Source: Planctomycetota bacterium (GTDB lineage: Bacteria > Planctomycetota > PLA2 > JAEUHO01). From it: a DNA stretch of 64,000 nucleotides. Position numbers and translations under genes: made by a program. Under the pieces are notes generated by a model that had not been told where the DNA came from, made no database searches, and worked only from the letters and a program-made list of their open reading frames with translations. Location of the stretch: NCBI GenBank assembly GCA_050248855.1, contig JBFWRP010000011.1, forward strand, positions 1-64,000, in the 5' to 3' direction. This document shows, piece by piece, positions 1 to 7,851 of this stretch (the first letter of the stretch is position 1; every line of letters begins with the position of its first letter).

Positions 1-48
1 GCCATGGGATTCGACGTCGAGCTCAAGGAGGCCGCCACCGCTGCGTAG
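1..48 (+). CDS. 3' end of an unidentified gene (partial, ...AMGFDVELKEAATAA*)
   Basis: GC3-rich codons in frame 1 ending at TAG 46-48, followed by an intergenic repeat. Confidence 0.45.
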   Translation, partial: AMGFDVELKEAATAA

Positions 49-55
49 GGAGTTT

Positions 56-128
56 CATTGCAGGCACCTTGCCCACGTTGCCGCTACGCGGCGCCGCGGC
101 AAGGGTCCTGACACATCCGGGGTCGCGA
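56..128 (+). repeat. Intergenic hairpin repeat, unit A (61-bp core 61-121)
   Basis: Near-identical to 32001-32061, 32113-32173, 32336-32396, 32448-32508 and the reverse complement at 20149-20209. Confidence 0.9.
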
Positions 129-142
129 CCTCCTACGCGTCC

Positions 143-1027
143 TCACGGCTCCAGCTCCAGGATCCGAAGCAAGTCCCGCCAGTAGGTGGCCTCCGGGTCG
201 AACAGATCGCTCGCTCGTACGCGGTCCAGCGCTCGCTGCCGGAGGCTCGCATCGCGGACGAGGTCGCGGATGGCGACGCTGGTCACCGCGGCCGCATCCC
301 GCGAGGACCGCCGCATCATGTCGGCGTCTTCCTCGCTGAACCCGATGCCCTGCTCACGCGAGGCTCGGAGCAGGCTCTGGATCGTCTCCTCGGTCTCGGT
401 CTCGCGGGAGTCGCCCGTCACCCTGCTGCTGAGCCCGGTTTCCTGCCAACGCGCGACTTCCAGGAACCACGCGCCGTCCTTGGCCGATCGGAGCTTCGCC
501 AGGTTGGCGACGAACTCCTCGGCAACGCTTGCGAAGACTCTCTCGTCGACCAACGTATGGATCAACGCGGCCACGCACCCGGACGAGTCCACGCTGTCGT
601 CGTACTCCAGGGTCCAGCCCATGGAGCGGCACGCTGCCTTGTCGAAGTGCAGCACATGGAACGCAGCGGTCCAAGCGGCAAACGTGCGGCGCAGCTCCGC
701 ATGCACCCTCTTCGTCGCCCCAAGCCGATCGAGGCCTTCCACGTTGTGGGAGAGCCAGTACACGAACCCGGTCAGGTACTCGGGAAAGCCGTCGGCGCGC
801 CGCTGCATGTGGGCGAATGCCAGGGGCAGGAAGTACGCGACTTCGTCGAAGGTCCCCGCAGGTAGCGGTCCGAACAGGCCTCGGAGCTGCCGCCAACCCA
901 GGTCGGAGTCCCGCGTCGCAAGAAGCTGTTGAAGCTCCTCCGCCAGGAAGTCGTGCTCGGGGTCGGACAGTGTCCGGGGTCGCGGGGGACGTCGCCAGTC
1001 GGCCGCGTGACTCTCGAGCTTCGCCAT
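143..1027 (-). CDS. Hypothetical protein (~294 aa)
   Basis: Long ORF with protein-like composition; ATG at 1027 (MAKLESH); no motif recognised. Confidence 0.7.
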   Translation of the reverse strand: MAKLESHAADWRRPPRPRTLSDPEHDFLAEELQQLLATRDSDLGWRQLRGLFGPLPAGTFDEVAYFLPLAFAHMQRRADGFPEYLTGFVYWLSHNVEGLDRLGATKRVHAELRRTFAAWTAAFHVLHFDKAACRSMGWTLEYDDSVDSSGCVAALIHTLVDERVFASVAEEFVANLAKLRSAKDGAWFLEVARWQETGLSSRVTGDSRETETEETIQSLLRASREQGIGFSEEDADMMRRSSRDAAAVTSVAIRDLVRDASLRQRALDRVRASDLFDPEATYWRDLLRILELEP

Positions 1028-1160
1028 TCCGCCACCATCCTCGCCACCCGCTGACCCAGCCAACGGCGGAGCCAGCGGCGTCGTCAGGGGTGAGAGTCCC
1101 CTGCCAGGGCCGTCCGACCGAGCGCGGATTTGCCGAGGATCGGCCCGCGATCGAGCGGGG

Positions 1161-1189
1161 AAATGGTGGGCGCAAAGGGACGAGAACCC
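1161..1189 (-). repeat. Degenerate duplicate of the tRNA-Val 3' end (att-like)
   Basis: aaatggtgggcgcaaagggac at 1161 repeats 1304; gtcaggggtgagagtc at 1083 and 1226; both offsets are 143 bp. Confidence 0.75.
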
Positions 1190-1306
1190 ACGCGGAGCCG
1201 CGCCAGCGGCGGAGCCGGAGGAGTTGTCAGGGGTGAGAGTCGCCTGTCAGGCGCGCTCGATCGGGCGCAGCCCGTTCGGACAGCATCTCGCTGGAGCGCG
1301 AGAAAA

Positions 1307-1383
1307 TGGTGGGCGCAAAGGGACTCGAACCCCTGACCTCATGCGTGTGAAGCATGCGCTCTAGCCGACTGAGCTATGCGCCC
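1307..1383 (-). tRNA. tRNA-Val(CAC)
   Basis: 77-nt cloverleaf GGGCGCA...TGCGCCC-A-CCA, anticodon loop TT-CAC-AC, GTTCGA T-loop. Confidence 0.97.
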
Positions 1384-1418
1384 CGACCGGCTTCGACCCG
1401 TGGCCGAAGCGGGGGCGG

Positions 1419-1447
1419 AGCCTAGCAGGGCCCCTACCGCCCCTCAA
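1419..1447 (-). promoter_or_regulatory. Putative sigma70 promoter of tRNA-Val
   Basis: TTGAGG-17 nt-TAGGCT with extended TG on the minus strand. Confidence 0.5.
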
Positions 1448-1872
1448 GCGGGCGTCGCGCCCCCGCCGCCCTGGATCCCGCTGACCCGCACCGCCTTGGT
1501 GGCCAGGAGGTCGTCGTTGACGAGCAAGTGGAACTCGTAGGTGCCGGGCCCGGGCAGGGCGACGTTGCGCAGCTGCGCGGAGATCTCGGTGGTCTGCAGC
1601 GGCCCGGGGATGTCGATCTCCGGCGGCTGGCCACGGCCGAGGACCGTGTTGCGGTCCACGTCCACGAGCTGGATCTCGATGCGGTACTTGCCGCGTGCCT
1701 CGGTGATGTTGGCGTAGATCCAGAGCATCGGATGCACGGCCGGGAAACGCTCGGCGCGCAGCTCGTGGAAGACGCCGATCAACGACTTCTTGCCGGTCTG
1801 GGCATCGTGGATGACCTGATCGCAAACCAGGAAGGCCTTGACGATGGGCGACGGCGTGGCGGAGGTCGACAT
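1444..1872 (-). CDS. DUF6941-like protein (~142 aa)
   Basis: AFLVCDQVIHDAQTGKKSLIGVF...FP...PGPGTYEFHLLVND pattern recognised by eye; ATG 1872. Confidence 0.75.
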   Translation of the reverse strand: MSTSATPSPIVKAFLVCDQVIHDAQTGKKSLIGVFHELRAERFPAVHPMLWIYANITEARGKYRIEIQLVDVDRNTVLGRGQPPEIDIPGPLQTTEISAQLRNVALPGPGTYEFHLLVNDDLLATKAVRVSGIQGGGGATPA

Positions 1873-1882
1873 CGGCCGCAGG

Positions 1883-2716
1883 CTACCCCGGCGGCGTGGA
1901 ACCGTCGCGGCGCCGTCGACGGGAGGCGGCTTCGAGGAACGCACGCTCCTCGGCATCGAGGGCGTCGATGCCGCTCCGGCTGATCTTCTCGAGGAGCGCG
2001 TCGAGGCGGGCCTCGTCCGCCGGCGGCGTGGGCGACTTCGCGGCGGGCGTCGCCGTGCGCACCCGGGGCACGGAGATCCCGCCACGCCACGCCACCAACG
2101 CCCCCACGGCCGCTCCCGCCAGGTGACCGAGTGCGGAGCGCGCGCCCACGCCATGGCTGGCCAGCTGCAAGGCGTCGCCCCCCAGCATCAGCACGCCCAC
2201 CAGGAGGGCGAGCGGCACGGGGACGAGACCGAACACGTGGATGGGCCGGCGAGGGTCCTTCACGGCGAGCCAGGCCATCACGCCGAACACCGCACCGCTG
2301 GCCCCCAGCGCCCGGATCGCTTCACCGGAGAGCGCGCCCAGGATCGTCAGCAGCACCGTGCCCGCCAACCCCGCCGCCAGCAGCAAGGCCGCGTAGCGCG
2401 GAGTCCCGAGACGCGCCTCGACTTCGCGCCCGAACAGGAACAAGAAGAGCATGTTCATCACGAGGTGCAGGGCACCCTCGCGGGCGTGCACGAGCAGGGC
2501 CGTCACGAGGCGCCAGACCTCCCCCGCCAGCACGCGCCCGCTGTCCAGCACGAGGGCGTCGTAGGCGGACAGCGCCCAGGGGCTTCGGCCCCGCGCCCCT
2601 CCCGCCACGACGAACCAGAGCACCACGCACAGCGTGACGGTCCACCAGGTCAGTGGCGCGCCCGCGCCCTCGGGGCGCTGACGCTCGCGCATCCAGTCTC
2701 GGCCGGCGACTCCCAC
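1883..2716 (-). CDS. Rhomboid family intramembrane serine protease with C-terminal DUF6576-like tail
   Basis: WRLVT, HLVMNM, GASG and GHLAG motifs; tail LDALLEKISRSGIDALDAEERAFL; start GTG 2716 or ATG 2692. Confidence 0.9.
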   Translation of the reverse strand: MGVAGRDWMRERQRPEGAGAPLTWWTVTLCVVLWFVVAGGARGRSPWALSAYDALVLDSGRVLAGEVWRLVTALLVHAREGALHLVMNMLFLFLFGREVEARLGTPRYAALLLAAGLAGTVLLTILGALSGEAIRALGASGAVFGVMAWLAVKDPRRPIHVFGLVPVPLALLVGVLMLGGDALQLASHGVGARSALGHLAGAAVGALVAWRGGISVPRVRTATPAAKSPTPPADEARLDALLEKISRSGIDALDAEERAFLEAASRRRRRDGSTPPG

Positions 2717-2808
2717 CCCCGGGAGCCTACCGGCGAGGGAACGGGCCGGGGCAGACAGGGGGGGCCGCGGTGGCGGGCGGACGCCCTACGTGGTACGCGT
2801 GCTGCCCC

Positions 2809-3726
2809 ATGAGCGAAGCCCGCACACCCCGCCTGCTCGACGGCAAGGACCTGGCCGAGCGCGTACGCGAGAAGTTCCGTCCGCGCCTCGAGGCCCTGGT
2901 CGAGCAAGGCCAGCGCCCTCGCCTCGTGGTCGTCGAGGTCGGGGAGAACCAGGCCGCGCGCAGCTACATCCGCGGCCAGCGCCGGGGGGCCGACTCGTGG
3001 GGCATCGAGTACGACCTGCGCACGCTGCCCGCGAGCACGGACGAGAAGGGCGTGCGTCGGGTGCTCCGCGAGCTGGCTGCCGACCCACGGGTCACGGGGG
3101 TGCTCCTCGCCATGCCGCTCCCCGCGGGCCTGGGCGCGCGCAGCCTCCAGCAGGGCATCAAGCCCTCGAAGGACGTCGAGGGCGTGCACCCCGAGAACCT
3201 CGGGGGGTGCCTCTACGGCAGCTACCGACTCCTGCCCTGCACGGCGCTGGCGGTCATGGCGCTGCTCGAAGACGCCGACGTGGACCTCCGCGGCAAGGAG
3301 GTCGTGGTCGTCGGGCATAGCGAGATCGTCGGCAAGCCTGCGGCCCTCCTGCTCTTGGCGCGCGACGCGACGGTCACGGTCTGCCACAAGGACACGCGGG
3401 ACCTGGCCGCCCATACGCGCAAGGCCGATGTGCTGGTCGTGGCCGTCGGCAAGGCAGGTCTGATCAGCCCGGACATGGTGAAGGACGGCGTGATCGTCGT
3501 GGACGTCGGCATCAACGCCGTGCCCGATGTCGACAGCCCCGGCAGGGTGCGCCTCGTGGGCGACGTGGACTTCGAGGGCGTGGCGCCCAAGGCCGCAGCC
3601 ATCACGCCCGTCCCGGGCGGTGTGGGCCCCGTGACGGTGGCCATGTTGTTGCGGAACACGGTGCTGGCGGCCGAAGGCATGCCGCCCCCGGACGACCCTT
3701 CGCAGCTCCCGTTGTTCCGGCTGTAG
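2809..3726 (+). CDS. folD: Bifunctional methylenetetrahydrofolate dehydrogenase/cyclohydrolase
   Basis: KDVEGVHPEN, LPCT, GHSEIVGKP, DVGIN, GDVDF, ITPVPGGVGPVT. Confidence 0.97.
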   Translation: MSEARTPRLLDGKDLAERVREKFRPRLEALVEQGQRPRLVVVEVGENQAARSYIRGQRRGADSWGIEYDLRTLPASTDEKGVRRVLRELAADPRVTGVLLAMPLPAGLGARSLQQGIKPSKDVEGVHPENLGGCLYGSYRLLPCTALAVMALLEDADVDLRGKEVVVVGHSEIVGKPAALLLLARDATVTVCHKDTRDLAAHTRKADVLVVAVGKAGLISPDMVKDGVIVVDVGINAVPDVDSPGRVRLVGDVDFEGVAPKAAAITPVPGGVGPVTVAMLLRNTVLAAEGMPPPDDPSQLPLFRL

Positions 3727-3735
3727 AGGTACGGG

Positions 3736-3833
3736 GTACGGAGTCGGGTGAGATTCCAACCTCGGGCTGCATCGCGCTCCCGCATCGGTGCGACCCGTGC
3801 AGCCCGAGGTTGGAATCTCACCCGACTCCGTAC
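3736..3833. mobile_element. 98-bp GTAC-ended inverted-repeat element (REPIN/MITE-like), copy 1
   Basis: Perfect 36-bp inverted arms (3736-3771 and 3798-3833) with a 26-bp spacer, between convergent genes. Confidence 0.8.
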
Positions 3834-3844
3834 TGCGCCGCGAC

Positions 3845-3879
3845 AACGAAACGAGGCCCGCGCGTGTGCGCGGGCCTCG
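3845..3879 (-). terminator. Probable intrinsic terminator of the porin gene
   Basis: 12-bp stem cgaggcccgcgc/gcgcgggcctcg followed by TTTCGTT on the minus strand. Confidence 0.6.
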
Positions 3880-3915
3880 CAGGGTGCACGTTCAGGATGG
3901 AGACGTGAACGCGGA

Positions 3916-5277
3916 CTACCAGTCGACGCGGAAGGACAGACCCACCGCCGTGTACGACTCGTTGATCACGCCGCGGCCGTCCTCGACGTCGCCGAACAGG
4001 ACGTTGAGCATGATCCGCATGTTGGCGTTCCAGTACCAGTTGAGCCCGACCGTGATCACGGTCTGCTCGCCACCGACGATGGCCGCGTCGGTCAGGTCCA
4101 CGTAGTCGTAGCGAGCCGCGAGCTCGAGGCCGCCCTTGCAGCAGCAGTCGTCATCGAGGAAGTCGCAGCAGATCTTGGTCCGGTCGATCGCGCCGTGCTG
4201 GAAAGAACGGCACTCGCCCGTCAGCCAGTAGCTGACGAAGGCGTAGTAGCCACTGAACGTCGGATCGCCGAGGCCCGGAGCGTCCACGTTGGACGAGAAG
4301 TACTCGGCCTGGACCGACCACGGGCCATTGACCCAGATCAGGTGACCATTGAACGTGGTGAACGAGTCGCAATCCGGGAGGACGCCCGTGTCGATCAGGC
4401 GCTGGTCCGTGACGTGCAGACCCGGACGCGCGCGGTAGCGCACCTCGTCGAGCTCGTCGCGGTGCGAGACCGAGGCGCCGATGATCAAGCGGCGGCACTC
4501 GCAGTCGCAGTCCCAGATCGGCGCCCAGCTGACGAGCGCCGAGACGCCGTAGCCGTCCTCTTCCCAGATGCCGGCGCCTTCGTCATCGTCCACGCCGGGG
4601 GTGGCACCGAGGAAGTAGCCGACACCGTAGTTGACGCGGTCGCCGAGCCAGCTGTCGTACAGCATGATGCCGGTGTTGCGGCCCTGGCCGAACGTCTCGC
4701 TGCTGCCGGCGATCTCCATGAACGTGTAGTACTTGCTGCTGTCCTGCGCCTCGCGGGCGAATGGCTCGTAGAAGTGGCCGACGCGGACGTTGGGCATGCC
4801 GCAGCCGAGGCAGTCACGCAGGTTGACCAAGTCGATGTGGATGTCGTTGAACGTGACGCTGCCGTCGGCGAAGTCGAACTGGGCCTTGTAGGCCACGTGC
4901 TTGCCGATCTGGCCGCTGTTGTACAGACGCACGCGACGGATCTCGACGCCGTCCTGGAGATCGACGCCCGCGTTGTCCTCGAGATCGTCGTCGCTGTAGA
5001 AGTTGGCGTCGATGTGCAAGCGACCGCCGATCTTGAGCTTGACGGACTTGTCCTTGGTGTCCAGGCGCAGACCGCTCTTCCAGTACACCTTGAAGACGTT
5101 GCCGTCGTCCGACGAGGACGACGACGCCGCCGGGGCGGGCTGGGCGGCCATGTAGCTCGCGATCTCCTCGCGAATGATCTGGCGCATGTCGTCGTCGGCG
5201 CGTGCCGCGCCGGCCGACGCCACCAGGAGGGCGCCGGCCGCCGCACAGGCGACCACGCCACCGAGTAGACGTGTCAT
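3916..5277 (-). CDS. OprO/OprP-family (phosphate-selective) porin, unusually Cys-rich
   Basis: Signal peptide; IGGRLHID, RRVRL, VGHFYEPF, QAEY, SYWLTGE, LELAARY, GLNWYWN; C-terminal aromatic residue (RVDW). Confidence 0.88.
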   Translation of the reverse strand: MTRLLGGVVACAAAGALLVASAGAARADDDMRQIIREEIASYMAAQPAPAASSSSSDDGNVFKVYWKSGLRLDTKDKSVKLKIGGRLHIDANFYSDDDLEDNAGVDLQDGVEIRRVRLYNSGQIGKHVAYKAQFDFADGSVTFNDIHIDLVNLRDCLGCGMPNVRVGHFYEPFAREAQDSSKYYTFMEIAGSSETFGQGRNTGIMLYDSWLGDRVNYGVGYFLGATPGVDDDEGAGIWEEDGYGVSALVSWAPIWDCDCECRRLIIGASVSHRDELDEVRYRARPGLHVTDQRLIDTGVLPDCDSFTTFNGHLIWVNGPWSVQAEYFSSNVDAPGLGDPTFSGYYAFVSYWLTGECRSFQHGAIDRTKICCDFLDDDCCCKGGLELAARYDYVDLTDAAIVGGEQTVITVGLNWYWNANMRIMLNVLFGDVEDGRGVINESYTAVGLSFRVDW

Positions 5278-5452
5278 GTTGAAGCTGCCTCCCTGCGCGC
5301 CCTCCCCGGGCACGCGACGCGCGAGTTTCACGCGATCCTCACGCCTGTTCCACGAAGAAAACGCCTTGGGGGCGCGATCCTGGGGCCCGGGGCCCCGGGG
5401 ACATGGGCGTTACCGATCGTCCGACGGGCCTGCATCGGCCCTGGCGTCGACG

Positions 5453-6448
5453 CTAGCGCGAGCGATCCAGCGTGTAGCGCGCCAGCATCTCGAGCAGCTG
5501 ACGGTCCGTGGTCTTCGGGAGCCGATCCAGGCGGGCCCGGGCGGCCGTGATCTCGTGCTCGGCCCTCTCGTGGGCCAAGCGCAAGGCGCCGTCCTCGCGC
5601 AGACGCACGCAGAGCTTGCGAGCGGCCGCCGGGTCGTCCCAGGCGGCCTCGATCGCCTGCAGGGCCACGGCGCGATCGCTGCATGCGTCGCGCCAGAGGA
5701 TCACGGCCAACGTCGTCTTGCCTTCGGCCAGGTCCGTGCCGAGGGACTTGCCGACCTCGTCTTCGTCGCCGTCGAGATCCAAGCGGTCGTCCACGATCTG
5801 GAATGCCATGCCCAGGTGGTGTCCGAAGCGGGCCAAGTCGTCCTCGACCGCCGCGCTGGCTCCTCCGTAGTGCGCGCCGACGCGCAAGGCCGCCTCGTAC
5901 AGCGCCGCGGTCTTGCCACGGATGATGCGCTCGTACGTGGCGAGCGGCAGGTCCGCGCTGCGGGCCACGACGTCCTGGAGGATCTCGCCCTCGAGGACTT
6001 CGCCGACGACGTCGGAGAGGTAGCGCGCGGCGAAGGGGTCCTCCAGCCAGGAGGCCGCGCGGTAGGCCTTGCTGAACAGCACGTCGCCCACGAGCACGGC
6101 TGCGGTCTCGCCCAGGCGCGCATTGAGCGTCGGACGGCGACGCCGCATGGCGGCCCCGTCGATCACGTCGTCGTGAACGAGCGTCGCCATGTGGATCAGC
6201 TCGACGATGGCCGCGACGGTCGCGACGTCACCCTCGACGCGTCCCCCGGCCAGCCGGGCGCCGAGGCAGGTCAGCGCGGGGCGGAGCCGCTTGCCGGAGA
6301 ACGCGCCCGCCTCGGCGAGCAGGGCGGTCGTCTCGGGCGAGAGGTCCGCGAGGATGCGGTGCCAGGCCTCGCCAACGACGGCGAGGTCGGCCTCGAGCGG
6401 CGCCAGCACCGCCGGCAGCGGCACGGTTGCGGGGCTGGGGACCGACAT
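5453..6448 (-). CDS. Long-chain polyprenyl diphosphate synthase (IspB/HepT type)
   Basis: GKRLRP, HMATLVHDDVID, GKTA, FQIVDDRLD, DLAEGK. Confidence 0.93.
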   Translation of the reverse strand: MSVPSPATVPLPAVLAPLEADLAVVGEAWHRILADLSPETTALLAEAGAFSGKRLRPALTCLGARLAGGRVEGDVATVAAIVELIHMATLVHDDVIDGAAMRRRRPTLNARLGETAAVLVGDVLFSKAYRAASWLEDPFAARYLSDVVGEVLEGEILQDVVARSADLPLATYERIIRGKTAALYEAALRVGAHYGGASAAVEDDLARFGHHLGMAFQIVDDRLDLDGDEDEVGKSLGTDLAEGKTTLAVILWRDACSDRAVALQAIEAAWDDPAAARKLCVRLREDGALRLAHERAEHEITAARARLDRLPKTTDRQLLEMLARYTLDRSR

Positions 6449-6522
6449 ACGCCGCGGGTTCTAGCACGCAGCCACGGCGATGCGCAGGCGGGGCCGCTGC
6501 AAGGCACCGCCTCGCGCGCGCG

Positions 6523-6993
6523 TCAGCTGCCGCGGCGCACGTCCGACCACCACGACCGCCACGCGGAGGCCTCGGGCGGCAGGTCCTGGCCCGTGAGGCG
6601 CTTCAAGTGCTCGTGGGCCGCACGGCGGGCGCTCTCGTCGCGCGCGTCCAAGGCCTGGATCAGGATCGGGACGGCACGTTCGCCGGCCGCCTTCGGGTCG
6701 GCGGGAGCGGCGGGCGGGCCCTTCATCGCTTCCTCGACGTCGGCCAGGACGGTCGCGGCCTCGCCGCCCGTGCGCTGGCGGAGCGCCCCCACCAAGAGGC
6801 CCACGTGCAGCCGCATCTGCACGACCTCGCCCACCACGACGGACAGCACCAGGGCCAGGACGACCAGCGCGATCCGCGAGACCATGGGGGTCCCGGGGCC
6901 CAAGGCATCGGGAGCGGCGACGAACCAGGCTGCGACCGCAAGCAGCGCGATCCGGACCAGGGCTGCCACGAGCACGCGCGACGATCCGCTCAC
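6523..6993 (-). CDS. Membrane protein with C-terminal HEAT-like repeat (~156 aa)
   Basis: GTG 6993 with GAGGAGG RBS; two hydrophobic helices; AVPILIQALD...LKRLTGQDL...WRSWW. Confidence 0.75.
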   Translation of the reverse strand: MSGSSRVLVAALVRIALLAVAAWFVAAPDALGPGTPMVSRIALVVLALVLSVVVGEVVQMRLHVGLLVGALRQRTGGEAATVLADVEEAMKGPPAAPADPKAAGERAVPILIQALDARDESARRAAHEHLKRLTGQDLPPEASAWRSWWSDVRRGS

Positions 6994-7158
6994 GGCGGGG
7001 CCTCCTCGCGGTCGGCGAAGGGCCATTCCTCCCGCCATGGCGCCGCGTCCGTATCCTATCGGGACGTCGTCCGGGGGCGGCTCGTCGAGCCGGCCCCCGC
7101 CGGGGTCGCCCGTGCGCCCCGTCCGTCCGGGCGACCCCACCGGGAGCACGCCACCGGC

Positions 7159-7620
7159 ATGGCCTACGACATCGTCGAAACCTGCATCGGTTGCACGGCC
7201 TGCGTCAAGGCCTGCCCCGTGAACGCGATCTCGGGCGAGCGCGGCGAGATGCACCGCATCCACCCCGACATCTGCGTGGACTGCGGCCTCTGCGGCTACG
7301 TCTGCCCGCCCGAGGCGATCCTGGACTTCGACCGCAAGGTGGCGACGCGCTTCAAGCGGCGTCAGGACGGCGATCGCATCGCGATCGTGGACACGAACCG
7401 CTGCACGGCCTGCGACTTCTGCTTCGACGTATGCCCCTACGACGCCATCAGCTACGTGCGCGTGGACGATGGCTTCTTCAACGTCGCCGACGTCGACCCC
7501 GACGTCTGCAAGGGGTGCGACGCGCTGTGCGTCACCGTCTGCATCAAGGACGCCATCCAGCTCCACCCGCGGGCAAGCGACCTCGCCCAGGCGGTCATCG
7601 CGGAGCGCGCCGCCGTCTGA
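7159..7620 (+). CDS. Polyferredoxin-type 4Fe-4S protein (four cluster motifs)
   Basis: CIGCTACVKACP, CVDCGLCGYVCP, CTACDFCFDVCP, CKGCDALCVTVC; ATG 7159. Confidence 0.92.
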   Translation: MAYDIVETCIGCTACVKACPVNAISGERGEMHRIHPDICVDCGLCGYVCPPEAILDFDRKVATRFKRRQDGDRIAIVDTNRCTACDFCFDVCPYDAISYVRVDDGFFNVADVDPDVCKGCDALCVTVCIKDAIQLHPRASDLAQAVIAERAAV

Positions 7621-7646
7621 CCCCGGGGCTCTTGCGGTCAGCGCCT

Positions 7647-7829
7647 CTATCCGGGGCGGCCGCGCCCCTCGAGCCAGCGGCCCATCAGGAAGACGCCTGC
7701 CGCCACGCCGAGCATCATGAGCTCGCGTTGCGCCACGCCCTGGCCGCTGCCCCCGTCGATGGCCTGGATGAGGGCGATCGGCGCCAAGACGAGGCCGATC
7801 ATCTGCAAGGCGCGACCCGCCATGTACAT
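7647..7829 (-). CDS. Small two-helix membrane protein (60 aa)
   Basis: Two hydrophobic segments; fills the gap between genes; TAGGCT 6 nt upstream of ATG. Confidence 0.65.
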   Translation of the reverse strand: MYMAGRALQMIGLVLAPIALIQAIDGGSGQGVAQRELMMLGVAAGVFLMGRWLEGRGRPG

Positions 7830-7835
7830 GGCAGG

Positions 7836-7845
7836 AGCCTACGAT
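7836..7845. promoter_or_regulatory. Overlapping divergent -10 elements (bidirectional leaderless promoter)
   Basis: TACGAT (+, 7840-7845) and TAGGCT (-, 7841-7836), each 6 nt from an ATG. Confidence 0.55.
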
Positions 7846-7851
7846 GGGGCG

